This document shows, piece after piece, positions 1 through 39,070 of a DNA stretch of 64,000 nucleotides (positions are counted from its first letter, which is position 1; the number at the start of each line of letters is the position of its first letter). Below the pieces are notes generated by a model that did not search any database, was not told where the DNA came from, and worked only from the letters and a program-made list of their open reading frames with translations. Location: the NCBI GenBank assembly GCA_964016885.1, contig OZ024760.1:20522001-20586000 (forward strand), written 5' to 3'. Origin of the DNA: Eledone cirrhosa (lineage: Eukaryota). The translations under genes and the position numbers were made by a program.

Positions 1-197
1 GGTGCAGCCCCAATACCGCCACACCCTGGGCCTAGAGCCCACGCTTCTCCCATTCTCCTGAGACACTAGAGCCCTTGCCCTTCCTTTTCCGTTTTTATAA
101 CCACAAAAGTTACATGCATCTTTTCTCAAGCAACATTCCTAAGTTTTTTTGTTTTTTATTTTATCATCTCAAAAGCAAGAGAAACAATTCAAAATAC

Positions 198-24810
<24,613 letters not shown>

Positions 24811-25135
24811 CGTTGGTTGGTGTCTGGTGTTGTGTATATTCTATAGTGAAAGGTGATGGGGGTAAAAACACACACACAAGAATGAGGTGTTTGTCACCAA
24901 ACAACAATAATATATGAGAGAGATTGGTTGACAACGTTTAGAAGTTGGCGGCGAGGGAGAAGAAGAAGGAGGAAGCGAAGAAGAAGAAGAAGAAAAATGA
25001 AAGTTTACCAGACATACAACGATATAAAACTCACAGATGATATATAATATATAATATAATATATATACAACTAAATTAGAAAAAAAAAAAAATTTATAAT
25101 TAATCATGAGAACGTAAATAACATTGTTCTTAAAG

Positions 25136-25144
25136 TTTCCCGCC
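25136..25144. promoter_or_regulatory. E2F consensus site (TTTCCCGCC) in putative DNMT1 promoter
   Basis: matches TTTSSCGC about 330 bp upstream of the ATG; DNMT1 is a known E2F target in mammals. Confidence 0.4.
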
Positions 25145-26049
25145 TTATTTCTGGTCAGTCTATTATGAGATAAAGAGGGGTGTCAAGGCTATAAATCACC
25201 AACAGCAGCAGCTGTTTAAGAGGCTTTACTCCTAGTAGTAGTAGTAGTAGTGGTGTTAGTAGTAGTAATAGTGGTGGTAGTAGTAGCAATCGTGATAGTA
25301 GTAGTGGTGGTGGTAGTAGTGCGAGTAGTAATATTCGTGGGTGGTAGTAGTAGTAGTAGTAATAGTAGTGCTCGTAGTGAATTGGCAGAATTGGTTGCAA
25401 GTTTTTTTTTATTAATATCTTAACCATTATTTAACAAGTGAAGATATCGACATTTCTGTTTGTCCCAGATTACAGTACAATCACTACGAATATGAGAAGC
25501 ATGGTTTATAAATTTCATTAAAAAGTTAAACTTCTTATAAAATGGAATTTAAATTTCACCTCGTTATAACATCGTAGATGTGTTCTTTCCGCAATCCGTT
25601 TGTCATTTACAATTCCATCCATTATAAGATTAAAACAACCATAATTCCAGTGAGAATTTGGTTCTTCTGTATTCGGACTTGGTGTATATAAAAAAAATGG
25701 GTCTTTCTCACTACTTAAAATAAAATGTTCTTCCCTCGATACAGGAGATATACACACATTCCACTGGTGACTTTATTTTATCTAAACAAACCTTTCCTTC
25801 CATCACCGGAAGAATTAAAGATCAAGTTGACCCCGGTAGGATTTGAACTTAGGAATCTAAATGGCCAGAATTAAACCCCACAAATTAATTAATCCGATGT
25901 TTAAACCAATATTTCTATCCATTATCCACATCTTCATTCCTTAATGGTTTTTTGTTTTACGACAGAATTCTGATTTTTATTATTACGAAACTAAATAATC
26001 ATGGCTGAAGTGTCATCATTTTAGTGTTGCAAACACTGTGTAATCATCA

Positions 26050-27790
26050 TCACCACCGTTTTACGTCCGTTCTTCCACGCTAGCATGGGTTAGACGGGTT
26101 GTCCTGTTGTGGGCAGTGCCAGGCGGCTGACCTTGTCTTGCTCATACGGGAACTGATTCTGGCTTTATTTTTACAGCTGGATGACCTTCCTAACACCAAC
26201 CTCATTTACAGTGAGTGCTGAGTGTTTTTTTTTTCCATGGGCCTACATGTCCACTTTACAGTGTGGGCTGGGTGCTTTTTTGCCGTGGCACCTCCACGAC
26301 CACTTTGCAGTTGGAGTGGGTGGGGGAATATTGTCTATATGCTTCAGCTTCGGCCTGTTCCTGTGGGAGGGTCGAGTCTTCTGTATTACTGTGTGACGCC
26401 AGAGGTCACGGTCGTGTGTCATTGCCCTTGAGAGGTGCAATTGGGTAAGGTCGGCCTTTATCACTTCATCCCAGGTCTTCTTGGGTCTCCCCACTCCGTG
26501 GCTTCCATCGACTTCTAGTGCTCTGCACCTTTTTATGCAGCTGTCATCCTTCATATGCATCACATGTCCATACCAACGCAATCTCCTCTCCTGCACACAG
26601 CATTTGATTCCTCTTATGCTCAGTCTTTCTCTCAATTCGTTTATACTTTGCTGTTTGCGTATATTACTATTACACATCCATCGGAGCATGCAAGTTTCGT
26701 TTCTTTCTAATCTGCACAAGTCTTCTATAGTCAGCGCCCAGGTTTCACTTCCATGTAACATTGGTGTTCGTATACATGCATCATACAGTCTGCCTTTCAT
26801 TTTGAGGGAAAAGCCTTTTGCAGCTAGCAGTGGCAGTAGCTCCCTGAACTTCTTCCATCCTGTTCTTACCCTGGCTATTGTACTTTCTGAACACCCACCT
26901 CCGCTGATAATTCGGTCACCTAGGTAGCAGAAGCTGTCTCCTGTTTCTACAGAGCCCTCCCAGAGTTTGGTGGTGCTTGATTCCTGCTTGTTGTCCCAGT
27001 GCAACTGCTACATATGAAGCCTACATTCTTAGTTAAACTTCCTGAGATCCCACTACATCTCTTGTGTACCCATTGTTTGCATTTGGGGCAGAGGATGGTG
27101 TTCCTACCTACATACTGAGCAAGGCCATTTCCCTGAGGGGATCTGGGTTCTGTTTTCTCATCTACTTACAAGAACCTTAGTTTTTGTCAGGTTGACTTTG
27201 AGACCCTTTCTTTCTAGTCCCTGCTTCCATGTTTGGAATTTCTTTTCTAGTTCCACCATGGATTCAGCTATAAGTGCGAGATCATCTGCATATAGTAGTT
27301 CCCATGGGCATCCGGTCTTAAACTCCTCCATTATTGCCTGCAAAACTATAATGAATAGGAGAGGGCTAAGAACAGGGCCCTGGTGGACACCGACCTGTAT
27401 GCTAAATTCCTCGCAATAGTCATTGCTAACTCTAACTTTGCTGACTGCTCCTCTATACATGGCTTGTACAGCTTTCACAAGCAATTCATCTACTCCTAAT
27501 TTTCTAAGAGCCCACCAGATTATAGCACGGAGGACTCTGTCGAAGGCTTTTTCCAGATCGACTAATGCCAAGTAGAGCGGCTTACTTTTACCTAGGTACT
27601 TTTCCTGTAACTGCCTCACAAGGAAGAGGGCATCAGTGGTGCCTTTCCCTGGTACAAACCCAAATTGCATCTCATCTAGTTTCACCCGGTCCCTAATCAA
27701 CTGTGCTATAACTCTTTCCATTACTTTCATGATCTGGTCCATCAGCTTTATACCTCTATAGTTTCCTTTATCTAGTGCATCACCTTTGTA
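26050..27790 (-). mobile_element. 5'-truncated RTE-clade LINE (reverse transcriptase, frameshifted)
   Basis: ORF 27158..27742 (QFGFVPGKGTTDA, VDLEKAFDRV, GVHQG, LLYADD) and ORF 26243..27004 (FCYLG, RRLRWYGHV, GRPKKTW); (GAT)n tail; short 3' copy at ~18545-18920. Confidence 0.92.
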
Positions 27791-28231
27791 TATAGTTCCA
27801 CATCAGCTAGTAATCAGTCTAAGGTGAAAGAAATTGTTCTCAGAACTGGTGAACTAACTGTTGTGGAACTACTTCTACCAAACTCGTCCCATGGACCGAG
27901 TGCTCTACTACTACGGATATAACCCACCAGTGTTCTATATATATATGTATGTATGTATACACAAAGACTGTGCATTCTGATAAATATTGCCTGTACATAT
28001 AATCAAAGTGTGTATAAATTTGGGTGGGGGGCATCCTCTATATATATATATGGGCGGGCTGCTGAAAAGTCTATAGGCCGACTATGAAGGTGTGATGCCT
28101 GTGAAATCTTGCATGCATTAATTCCAATTCATGTCAGTAACCAACATAAACTATAGGGTTTCTCTTATGCAAACTATAAATTTATCAAACCGTAAATTCC
28201 CCAGTTTGTATGATTGTTCATCATCATCATC

Positions 28232-28560
28232 ATTTCATTTTACGTCCGCTTTTTCCCTGCTTGCAAGGGTGGGACGGGAACTGATTCTGGCTTGATTTCT
28301 ACAGCTGGATGCCCTTCCTAACACCAACCACATTTACATTGAGTGCTGGGTGCTTTTTTACCGTGGTACCTCCACGACCACTTTACAGTGGAATGATAGG
28401 GACCCCAGTCCCTATCATCTCATTTCTACAGCTGAGTAAACTGGAGCAATGTGAAATAAAGTGTCTTGCTCAAGGAAACAACACATCACCCGGTCTGAGA
28501 ATTGAACTCACAACCTTTCGATTGCAAGGCCAATGCTCTAACCACTAAGCCATGTGCCTC
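28232..28560 (-). mobile_element. tRNA-derived CORE-like SINE with RTE tail
   Basis: A box ggcttagtgg, B box gagttcaattc, core ccttgagcaagacactt, tail ...gcggacgtaaaa(tga)n; copies near 5604, 8270, 16110, 33003, 35946 and 40320. Confidence 0.82.
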
Positions 28561-30034
28561 CATCATATATCTAGTAATAGAGAGTTGTTCCAACCATGAC
28601 CCTATTGTATCTAGAACTACATTATATGTGTCCTTTCCCCTTTTTAAAGATAGCTGGCAGCTTCTTTTAGCAGATCAAATGACCATGTAGTTGTTTCTTT
28701 GTTGGTTCCAGATTTTTATTGTTATTGTTTAGCCCCAGGTCAGCCTTGAATGAGCAAATATGCAATTAAAGACATTCTGGCCATGACCATCCTGTACTTT
28801 TACACACAGTAAAGTGGTAGAGCTTGTCCTGTGATAAAAAACACCCAGTCCACCCTGTAAAGTGGTAGAGTTTGTCCTGTGATAAAAAACACCCAGTCCA
28901 CCGTGTACAGTGGTAGTGCTAGTACCATGATAAGTACCAAGTCCACCTTGTAAAATGGTAGGCAGTGCTGGTGCCACAAAAAGCACCCAGTAAGGTGGTA
29001 GAGCTGGTCCTGTGATAAAGAAACACCCAATCTAACCTGTAGTGGTAGAGCAGGTGCCATGATAAAACAGCACCCAGTCCACCCTGTAAAGTGGTAGTGA
29101 TGGTGCCACAACAAAAAGCACCCAGACCACCCTGTAAAGTGGTAGAACTGGTGTCATATGAAGCACTGTTAGTATGACATTAAAAGAAAAAAAATTGAAA
29201 TGGACATAGCTGGAATACTTTTGATCATGGGTCTGTGAGATCAGGGTCAACCTGTACCTCTGGACATACAAGCCCCAACAAACCAGCACCTTTTCATACT
29301 TCCACAACCGCTACTGACTTGATCTGTGAGATCAGGCTCAACCTATATCACTGAACAAACAAAATCCAACCCCAACAAACCTGGACCTTCTCATATCACA
29401 GAACCTCTACTGACAATAGAAATTACTGTTTAGACAGATTTTCAAAGATACAAACTATTGATCACCATGTGATCAACTGAAAGAAATAAAAACCAAGACA
29501 CAGAATGAAACAAGTATATTACAGTAAAAATATATATACAATTTTATTATTTTTTTTAAATTTTGGTTTTTAACTTTTTTCAATTACTGGACTGTGGCCA
29601 TTCTGGTACAGTGCCTTCAAAGGGTTTAATTGATTATATTGACCACATGACTGTGGCCATTCTGGGACAGTGCCTTCAAGGGGTTTATATTGACCACATG
29701 ACTTTCACTGGTATTTAATTGACTTGGTAAAGGAGAAAACTAAAGTTGACCTTGGCAGGATTTGAACTTAAAATTCTAAGGTGATGCAACCAAATATCAC
29801 ACAATAATGTCTCTTGCTCTACTGATTCTGTCACACATTGGCCTTTACACACACACACACACATATATGTAAAATGAGAAATTCGGGACCCCGACAGCTG
29901 AGCTAGATCTTAGCTCTAGTACTCCAAGTATCAAGTACTCTTGTGAGTCTCATGGATTTTACCGCTTCCATTCTGATATATATATATATATATATATGTA
30001 TACTTATATGTATGTATGTATATATATCTCTATG

Positions 30035-30071
<37 letters not shown>

Positions 30072-30189
30072 CAAAGGTAAAACTATATATACAAAGCTGT
30101 TTTAACACCAGAAGCCCTTCTTCTAGCTAATCCCTTTTAGTCACCTTTTACGACATACAGGGATATGGTGTACTTTTCTAAAGACCAGG

Positions 30190-30225
<36 letters not shown>

Positions 30226-31162
30226 TATGAACCCGTAACTCCTGAGGAATAGTAGAGGCACGATATTGACATATGGCGTTTCTAGGGCATTTAAAAAAAA
30301 AAACCTGGTGGAACCCATCTCTTTTCTCCAGGTCTAAATACAGTAAATTTCTTCCAGAGAAGGAGACAGAGTGAGAGAAAGAGATACAGATGGAAGAATC
30401 GACCCCAGTAGTTGACTGGTATTTTTTTCTCATCGACTTTGAATGAATGAAAGGCACAGTTGACCCCCAGCGGGATTTGAACTCAGACATCAAAGAGCCG
30501 AAATGAATACAACAAAGCATTTATCCGATGTTCTAATGACTCTGCCAAGTCGCTGCCCATATATATACATACACACACATGCATATATATATATATACAC
30601 ATACATATACGTACATATATATATATATACGCATTCACACAGTCAATGTTTTCTAAACAGGATTGACTTTATAAATACATTGAGGAGATGATGAAAGTTA
30701 TACAAAATTTTATTTCATTTTTCTCTATTTCTTCCCAGATGAATGATATATTATATAGAAACATGATAAAATACGCCCAGTCCACTCTGTAAAGTGGTCG
30801 GTGATAGGAAGAACATCCAGTAAGAAAACCTTCAATTAGAAAACTATGACTGGAACAACTGTCTAACCCATGCAGGAAGGTAAATAGCAAAATAGACATA
30901 AAATGGTAATGAGAAATTGTGACTGCCATTGCTCCACCTTGGAGTAATTAAAGGGTCCCTTTTTATTACTAAGAAGGGTCTACCTCTCTTGTACCCAAGT
31001 GTAGTGAGGATGTAGTGATGGCTGGGTGGTTACAGGTTTGGTTGCAGTCATGGGTGAATGATTAAGAAGGGGCTTCCTTTGTTTTGCACCCAACCAAGTC
31101 AGAGTTGATTGAAACAAAAAAAAAAAACAAAAAAAAAACACAAAACCAAATAAAAGCAATCG

Positions 31163-34100
31163 TCAAATATCAAACGTCATATCAATGTCCTCGTCTAAGT
31201 AAATAACAGCGTCTGGTCTCTTCCCCCGTTTCTCTGAAGGAGTCGGGGGTTGGTTCTTCACAGAATCCGTGCCTGGTTTCTTCCCCTGCTTCTCTGAAGG
31301 GACTGGGGGCTGGTCCTTCATGGAATCCGTGTCTAGTTTTTCCTCAGGGTCACAACCGTCAGCAGTGGGTTTCCGTTCACTCTGGAACTCCCTGTGACGC
31401 TTCAATAGCTCTGACATGTCCATATTGGCCGTGTCACTTGAAGCGGCAGAGCTGTTACTTTGGGAAAAGCTATCTTTGGAGTTACTATTAGAGTCTTCAC
31501 TGACGGCAACATTCAGTCTTTCCTCCGTCTGCTCCTCACCAACCGTTTCCATATTGGCATTCTCGTATGACCCCATTTCAGCTTCCAACCTCTTCTTCAG
31601 TTTGTTCTTGAAACGCTTGGCCCTGTAAAAAGTCAGTAAAATAAAGTATATAGATATGAACTGGTAGAGCAAATATTTATTATTAGCACAGATTAAAACT
31701 CTAAGCAAACAATTTCGCATAAGGGTGAAAACAGAAATTGTTTGATTAAACTTTTAATCTGAGCTAATAATAATAATATATATATGTAAAAGTAATAACA
31801 AAAATAACAAAATAAACGGCTCAGTACATGGAGGAAATATATTAGTTTAATGCTTGAAATAGCAGGAAGGGTGTCTTAACGTTTCGGACACTAGTCCTTC
31901 ATTACTAGACAGTTAAAAATAGAAGATAAATAGAAAATAAGAGTGGTGAGAGAAAAGAACGGGGAAAATGAGAAAAAAAACATACAAGTGCATATTCAGT
32001 CGGCCATCTTGGAGAATGTATGTATATATATATATATATATTATATATATATACACACAGTAATTTTTACAACATTAAATGAATATTTGGAATCTGGCTT
32101 TCTTTTTTCATTGTGTATGGTTTGCTAATTTGTCGTGGAACTAACTCTATACTGAACTTGTCCTCTGGATTGAGTGCTCTACTTACTACGGATATAACCT
32201 CCTGTTTTTTTTTACCACTGTATATATATATATATATTCGGTAGACAAGGACGCAATCCAATTCAAGCACTCAACGTCTTGTTACTTCTTAAGAATAAGA
32301 ATGATGGAATATAATTAGATTGAGGAAAATGTGAAGTTGTAGATGTTAAGGAGTCCTTTATTATTTAACCATTCTCGATCTCGTCAGACATCGACATTGA
32401 GTTGCTGTCTCACGAGATCGAGAATGGTTAAATAATCAAGTGACCATGTGACCATGATTGTCATTGAAATATGTATCACAGCTTTATTAATAAAGGACTC
32501 GTTAACATCTACAACCTCATATTTCCCTCATTCTAATTATATATATATACATTAAAAAATTCCTTTTGCAATCATAAGTTTACAAGCTATCTAAAAGTAT
32601 TTAAAAACAGATTCTATAATCTGTTGGGCCTTATAACATGGAAGTCTATCAAACCCATGCTAACACAGAAGACGTTGAACAGTGATGATGATGAGATATT
32701 TATTACCTTAAAATTTTCTTAGTCTTGGCCTTTTCCTTCTTTTCATCATTAAATATATCTTTCATATTCTGCTTCGACACTTGAGAATCAGTTTTCAACA
32801 GTTGGAAGAATACTCCCCCAGGAGTTCGCCGGCGCCCTCCATTCTACAATATGACAAAACAAAAAAGTTGTAACTAAATGTCACAAAGCAGTTTGTCTAA
32901 CACTTACAACACTGCTAATCTACCACCCTCCTTCACACCAATATAAAAGTTTTATTACAAAATTACTTTAAATTCTTCATTGTTTTCAAAATAAATTGAA
33001 ACATTGTGAGTTCAATTCGCAGACTGGGTGATGTGTTGTTTCCTTGAGCAAGACACTTTATTTCACATTGCTCCAGTTTACTCAGCTGTAGAAATGAGAT
33101 GATAGGGACTGGGGTCCCTATCATTCCACTGCAAAGTGGACGTGTAGGCGCCACGGAAAAAGAGACCCAGCACTCACTGTAAATGAGGTTGGTGTTAGGA
33201 AAGGCATCCAGCTGTAGAAATCAAGCCAGAATCAGTTCCAGTCCCACCCTTGCAAGCAGGGAAAAGCGGACATAAAATGATGATGATTGAAAATGTGTTT
33301 CATTAGAATTATTGGAACAAAGATCATCTTCTCTCACTTATTCCTGAGAAGGTTTTTGGGGAAGAGTTCTCAAACACCCCTTCCAGTGGGTCCTGTCAGA
33401 AGCAACTATCTACAATTGATCCAGCTGGGTCCCTAAGTGAGACCAAACGAGCCTATGGATGTTATCCAACTATCTTGCTCAGGGTTTGCCCGTGGGTCTC
33501 CTGCCAGTTGGTTTTGTCTGTAAAATCTGTCCAACGATTCTTTCCTTAGACATTCTAACCAGATGCTCGTAATATTGGAACAGTGATCATCTAATTCGGG
33601 AGAAATAGCAGCTCTTTGATCTATCCACTATCAAGTAACGTTACTCCAAAGACCCTTTGAGAGAAGCAAAGGCTCTACCTGAAGCGACTCTCTGATCTCC
33701 AAGCTCCACATTCTCTTGAGTAACCTTACTCCAAAAACCCTTTGGTAGAAGTAGCGGCTCTACCTGGAGCGACTTTCTGATCTCCAAACTATGCACCATC
33801 TCAAGTAACGTTACTCTAAAGACTCTTTAGCAGAAGTAGCGGCTCTACTTGGAGCTATGAACTCTACCCAGTAACATTACTCCAAAGATTCAGCAACAAA
33901 AATCTGTCTTATAAAATACATGTGTCTTGAAATCTTTACAATTACAGTGAAGTTTTGGCATGCTACCCCCCCCCCCCCCCCCCCACATATGTCAAGACAT
34001 CTTATGCTTCTAAATCATGGCATCAATAATTTTTTTGTAGGGACAAGGCATAAATATCCCAACTTCCTCAGCCTGTCTAAGAACCTGTTGTTATGTTGTT

Positions 34101-37100
34101 ACTTACATTTGTCATCATTCCACCGTGTTCTTCGACATCTCTGGTAAGACAGGCAATTTCCAGGGCCTTCTTTTTACCTAACACATGGACAACTTTCTCT
34201 GAATAAATAAAAATTAAAAAAAGCTCCCCATAAGAATCATAAATATCACAAATGTTACGAAAGTACAATTCTTTCTCTGTAAACCTAAGATAATAGGACT
34301 TGGATTCTTGGCTCCAGTTTTATGGTGTTAACCCTTTAGCATTTAAACTGGCTGTATCTAGCCAGAATTCTCTCAACCCTTTCTGTTCAAACCAGCTGTA
34401 ACTGGCCGCTGATACTGATATTAAGGTATTGTTCTCAAAATAGCTATCAAAATCTCATAAGTTTGATATTATATGAGGTAAAGCCTATATCATGAAAATA
34501 CAATAGTATATATAATGTAGATATTATGTGAAGTAAAGCCTTTGCCATGAAAATACAATAGTATACATAGAATAATGTAAATGGTAAAGGGTTAAATGGT
34601 TAAACAATAAACCCCATTCCTTGGAAATGTTGCTTGTTTATCAGGGGCAACATTCTCATCTTATTATTTTCTGAGCTGCTAGGTACTTCCATTCCTTGCT
34701 AGTAGGGAGAACAGATAGGTAAGTTCATTCCTTGTTAGCAGGGAGGACAGCTAGGCAATTCCAATCCTTGCTAGTAGGGAGGACAGCTAGGCAAGTCCAA
34801 TCCTTGCTAGTAGGGAGGACAGCTAGGCAAGTCCAATCCTTGCTAGTAGGGAGGACAACTAGGCAAGAAGGCAAGTCCATTCCTTGCTAGTAGGGAGAAC
34901 AGACGTTAAATCATAGTTAAAATCTTACCAATGAGGTAGACTTTAGATTCTTCCAGAGCATTAGCAATGGCTTCTGTCACAGTTTCTTCATCATCTTCAG
35001 CTGTGACATCAAAATTGTCCTTGGTCGTCTGTTTAGCATGCTGGGCTTTACCAAGACGTTTTTTGGCACTACGCCTTCTTTTCTCAGCTTTTCTATGAAC
35101 CCCAATGAAGTCCTCTTCAAGTTTTTCCAAATCAGGCACATTATCAAATGGTTCATCAGATTTTTTGCTGGTCATTTCAGAATCGACCACGGCTTCTACT
35201 GGCCAGGGGCGGTCATCTTTCAGAGCGTTTTTGAAGCAGTAAGATTCTACTTGTCGCTCTACGTAGCATTCTTCTTTCTGCTCCATGTCAAACCCACGGA
35301 ATCCCTGAGATAACATCTGGGACTGCAATACAGAGCCCCAGATGTTCTGACTTTTCTTTGGTTTAGCAGCAATTGGGTTGGAAGTTGGAATATTCTGGCC
35401 AAAAGAGAACTGTGCTGGATTGGTTGTTTGGTGAGTGCTGTTCTTACTAAGACAATTGCTAAAGTTATATTCCATAGACTTCTGGTGTTCTTTAGAAGCC
35501 TCATTATATTTTTTCTTCTTCCATGTAAACTGTTCCTCATCGCTCTCATCTGAACTTGATGTCCTCTTCACGTCAGATGTGACACGATATGAGGCAGAAT
35601 TAACGGGATTTCTGTAGCCCTGAGAAATCGTTGATGCAGCCTGAAATGGAGAAATAGCAAATTATTATTATTATAATTATAATATAAAACGAGAGCAGTG
35701 GATTAGCATTAATCGGTACAGCGTTGGACAAAATATCTTGCAGTATATAGTTACATCCCTTTACGTTCTGAGTTCAAATCCTGCCAAAGTTAGCTTTCCT
35801 TTCATCTTTATGGGGTCGATAAAATAAAGTACCAGTAACATACTATGGTTCGACAAAATAAAGTACCAATCTGAGGCAGGAATTTATTAAAATATAGTGT
35901 ATGTCATTAGAAATATGGTTAATGATGCTGACATATCATCATCATCATTTTACGTCCACTTTCCCCTGCTTGCAAGGGTGGGACGGGAACTGATTCTGGC
36001 TTGATTTCTACAGCTGGATGCCCTTCCTAACACCAACCTCATTTACAGTGAGTGCTGGGTGCTTTTTTTTCCGTGGCACCTCCACGACCACTTTACAGTG
36101 GAATGATAGGGACCACAGTCCCTATCATCTCATTTCTACAGCTGAGTAAACTGGAGCAATGTGAAATAAAGTATCTTGCTCAAGGAAACAACACATCACC
36201 CGGTCTGAGAATTGAACTCACAACCTTTCGATTGCAAGGCCAATGCTCTAACACCTAAGCCATGTGCTTCCATTCCATATATAGAGAGATGTAAAATCCT
36301 CACCACGGCACCAAGCGGTTTCAGCAAACCTTTTCAGTATTCCCATGATCAGTGGTCTCCCCTGTCTCAACACCACAGATTCTCTCTTTCCCTATATATA
36401 TATTATGTGTGTGTGAGTGTATATATATTTATATATACGTGTGTGTGTGTCTATGTGTATATATTTTTTATATAGAAATGGCTTCTCCAGGACTAAAACT
36501 GTTTCATTCGAATGAAACAGTCCTAGTCCTGTACAAGATATTTCTATATTAAACATTATATACTCTGCTATGTATTGAGTACCTTACTTACTATGGTTAC
36601 CCCCGATTGAACCCGGGATACACATATATATATATATGTGTGTATATATGTATATTTAATTTGTCTATATTTATGTATATATCATATGGAGCACATTTAC
36701 AATTTACTTGTAATATAAATATATTTCGTTAGAAAACTAAAACATTTAAAATTTTCTCAACAATGAAATATAAACATTCGAATATTATTATTATCATTTT
36801 GTTTCTCTTAAACAAAAGACACAATATAAAGAATGTGAGACGGGGGAGTTAAAAGATTTTACGTATTCTAGGCGAGGCCATGCTGGGGAATCGCCATTTC
36901 CGTTGTAAAATCATATAACGAATTTTTCAGTATAACTAAATTTTTTTCAATCCCCGGCCACACGCTCGATCTCGCTATAAAGAATTTTTTTTATACCCCC
37001 GTGAATTTCTTTATAACAGAATGTCACTGTATATATATATATATATAATGAAGGACGTATTGTAAGGAACCAGATTCAACATAACGCACCAGAATACTCA

Positions 37101-37232
37101 ATACTTAGGGTAGTAGAGTGGGTTATAGGAAAAAGTTTGACCCCCGTCGACGGCTATTTCTGGACTATTCTGGACGAGTCCAGTAATAGCCGTCGAAACG
37201 GCTTGAGCTCTGCCGTCGGGGTCAAACTTTTT

Positions 37233-37272
<40 letters not shown>

Positions 37273-38372
37273 AATATGATGATAATAATGGAGCTGCGGC
37301 GTTGCAAATGGGATACATATGAAAAAGTGAGTCCTTCATCAGTGACCCTCCAACCGTCCTCGCATTTCATCGCTTTAAGGGCCATATGCCTCAGGTTGGT
37401 GCGAACAACGGCTAAAAAAAGTCGTTGGGACACGTAACAAAGAGGGTTTGGTAAGATACCAGGTGGACCATGACACACCAGAGTACTCAATATTTAGGGT
37501 AGTAGAGTGGGTAATAGGAAAAGATTCAGGAGCACGAGGACTGAGCTCCGGCCGTTTCGACAGTTCGGATCTAGCTGTCGAAACGGCCGGAGCTCAGCCG
37601 TCGGGGCCCTGACTCTTTATATATAATGTGTGTGTGTGTATTATATTTATAAAGGTTTCTAGCAATAATTAATTGATTATATATATACGTATTCCTATTT
37701 AATCTTATATGATAATACTGAATATATAAAAAAATATAATTGCATTTTACAAGGATTAACAATTAGTAATACGTAGATTGTAAATTGGGGGCTTTTTTCT
37801 ATTCAAGTAATTTAAAATAAAAGTAGGGAGGGCCCGTTGACGCCCTTGTAGTGTGACCAATTGACGCAGTTTCTGTTAAATTGAGGGTTTTTTTTCTCTT
37901 TGATTGTATATTTTGGTGTATTATATTTATAAAATAAAAGTACCAGTAACACACTGGGTTGATTTAATCGACTTTCTCCTTCTCATCCCAAAACTGTTGG
38001 CCTTGTGTCTAAATCAGAAACAATTATATCTATAGGGTTACATGAATCCTATATTTATGTGAAACATCGTGATTATAATATATTTTATTGGTTTGTAAAT
38101 GTAGTCAGTTGTACTAAAATACGACACATACACACATATATATATATATGTGTGTGTGTTAAGTAGAAAAGGTATATATATATATTTGTGTCTATATTGT
38201 ATCTGTATTATTTTTGACCGCCGGTCAGTCAATGGCAACATTGAGGACCGAGTAAGTTAGATCGCAGATATATATATATAAAAGACAGCGAGAAGCGAAA
38301 ACCAACCAAACAGTGAGTGTGTTCTGTTATTAATTCTGGCAATATTACGCAAATATGACCCTCCCCAAATAT

Positions 38373-38415
<43 letters not shown>

Positions 38416-39070
38416 CTAGGATGAAACGATCGTGATTAATTGTTCTAAACACTCTTTGAGTGTTGTTTATAAAGTGTATATATATACATATATATCAGAA
38501 TGAAGGCGTTGAAACAAGCGGAGCTCAACCGTCGAGGTCCCGAATATTTCATATATATATATGGTAGCATATGCATATTAAGTGTATGAAACTTTGTTTA
38601 TACTATATATATATAGTATCTCTCTCATTCTCTTCAATGGGATATAGGCTTCTCCACGTTTAAAACAATGCATTGTTTTAAACGTGGAGAATCGATCCCC
38701 AATACTGGACTGATAACTTTCTTTTATCGATCTCCAAAAGACTAAAGGCAAAGTTAAGCTAGGCAGGGTTTGAACTGAGAGAGACAGTAGGGGACCAGAA
38801 GGAACACAGCAAAACATTTCATCTGAGACTCTAACAGCTCAGCCACCGTCCTTATATAAAAACGCACAAAAACAACATCGATTGATCGATATAAGCTTTG
38901 CTTACTAATCAAGAAATAGACAAATCAATACAATAACAACGACAAGCAATTTCCAATAAATGTTGACATAATATAAGATTGCTATAAACCTTGACTGGGA
39001 TATTTGAAGAGGTTTCATTATCAGAATCGGAGTCTAATATTTCCCCATCTTCTAGTTCACATGCCGCCAT
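31163..39070 (-). CDS. PHAX: Phosphorylated adapter RNA export protein (PHAX/RNUXA), 493 aa
   Basis: Exons 38990-39070, 34929-35640, 34107-34198, 32707-32843, 31163-31622 (1482 nt, in frame). Motifs ELEDGEI, NIWGSVLQ, ERQVESY and RNA-binding domain GGMMTNNGGRRRTPGGVFFQLLK. Confidence 0.95.
33630..33890. repeat. ~85-bp tandem repeat, ~3 copies
   Basis: agtaacgttactccaaagaccc...ggctctacctg recurs. Confidence 0.7.
34690..34903. repeat. ~36-bp minisatellite next to the PHAX exon 2 donor
   Basis: tccttgctagtagggaggacagctaggcaagtccaa. Confidence 0.85.

Noticed and set aside
26481-27419. + strand ORFs
   Set aside because: Antisense to the RTE reverse transcriptase.
28490-28560. tRNA gene
   Set aside because: It is a SINE head: no acceptor stem, and it continues into CORE and tail sequence in many copies.
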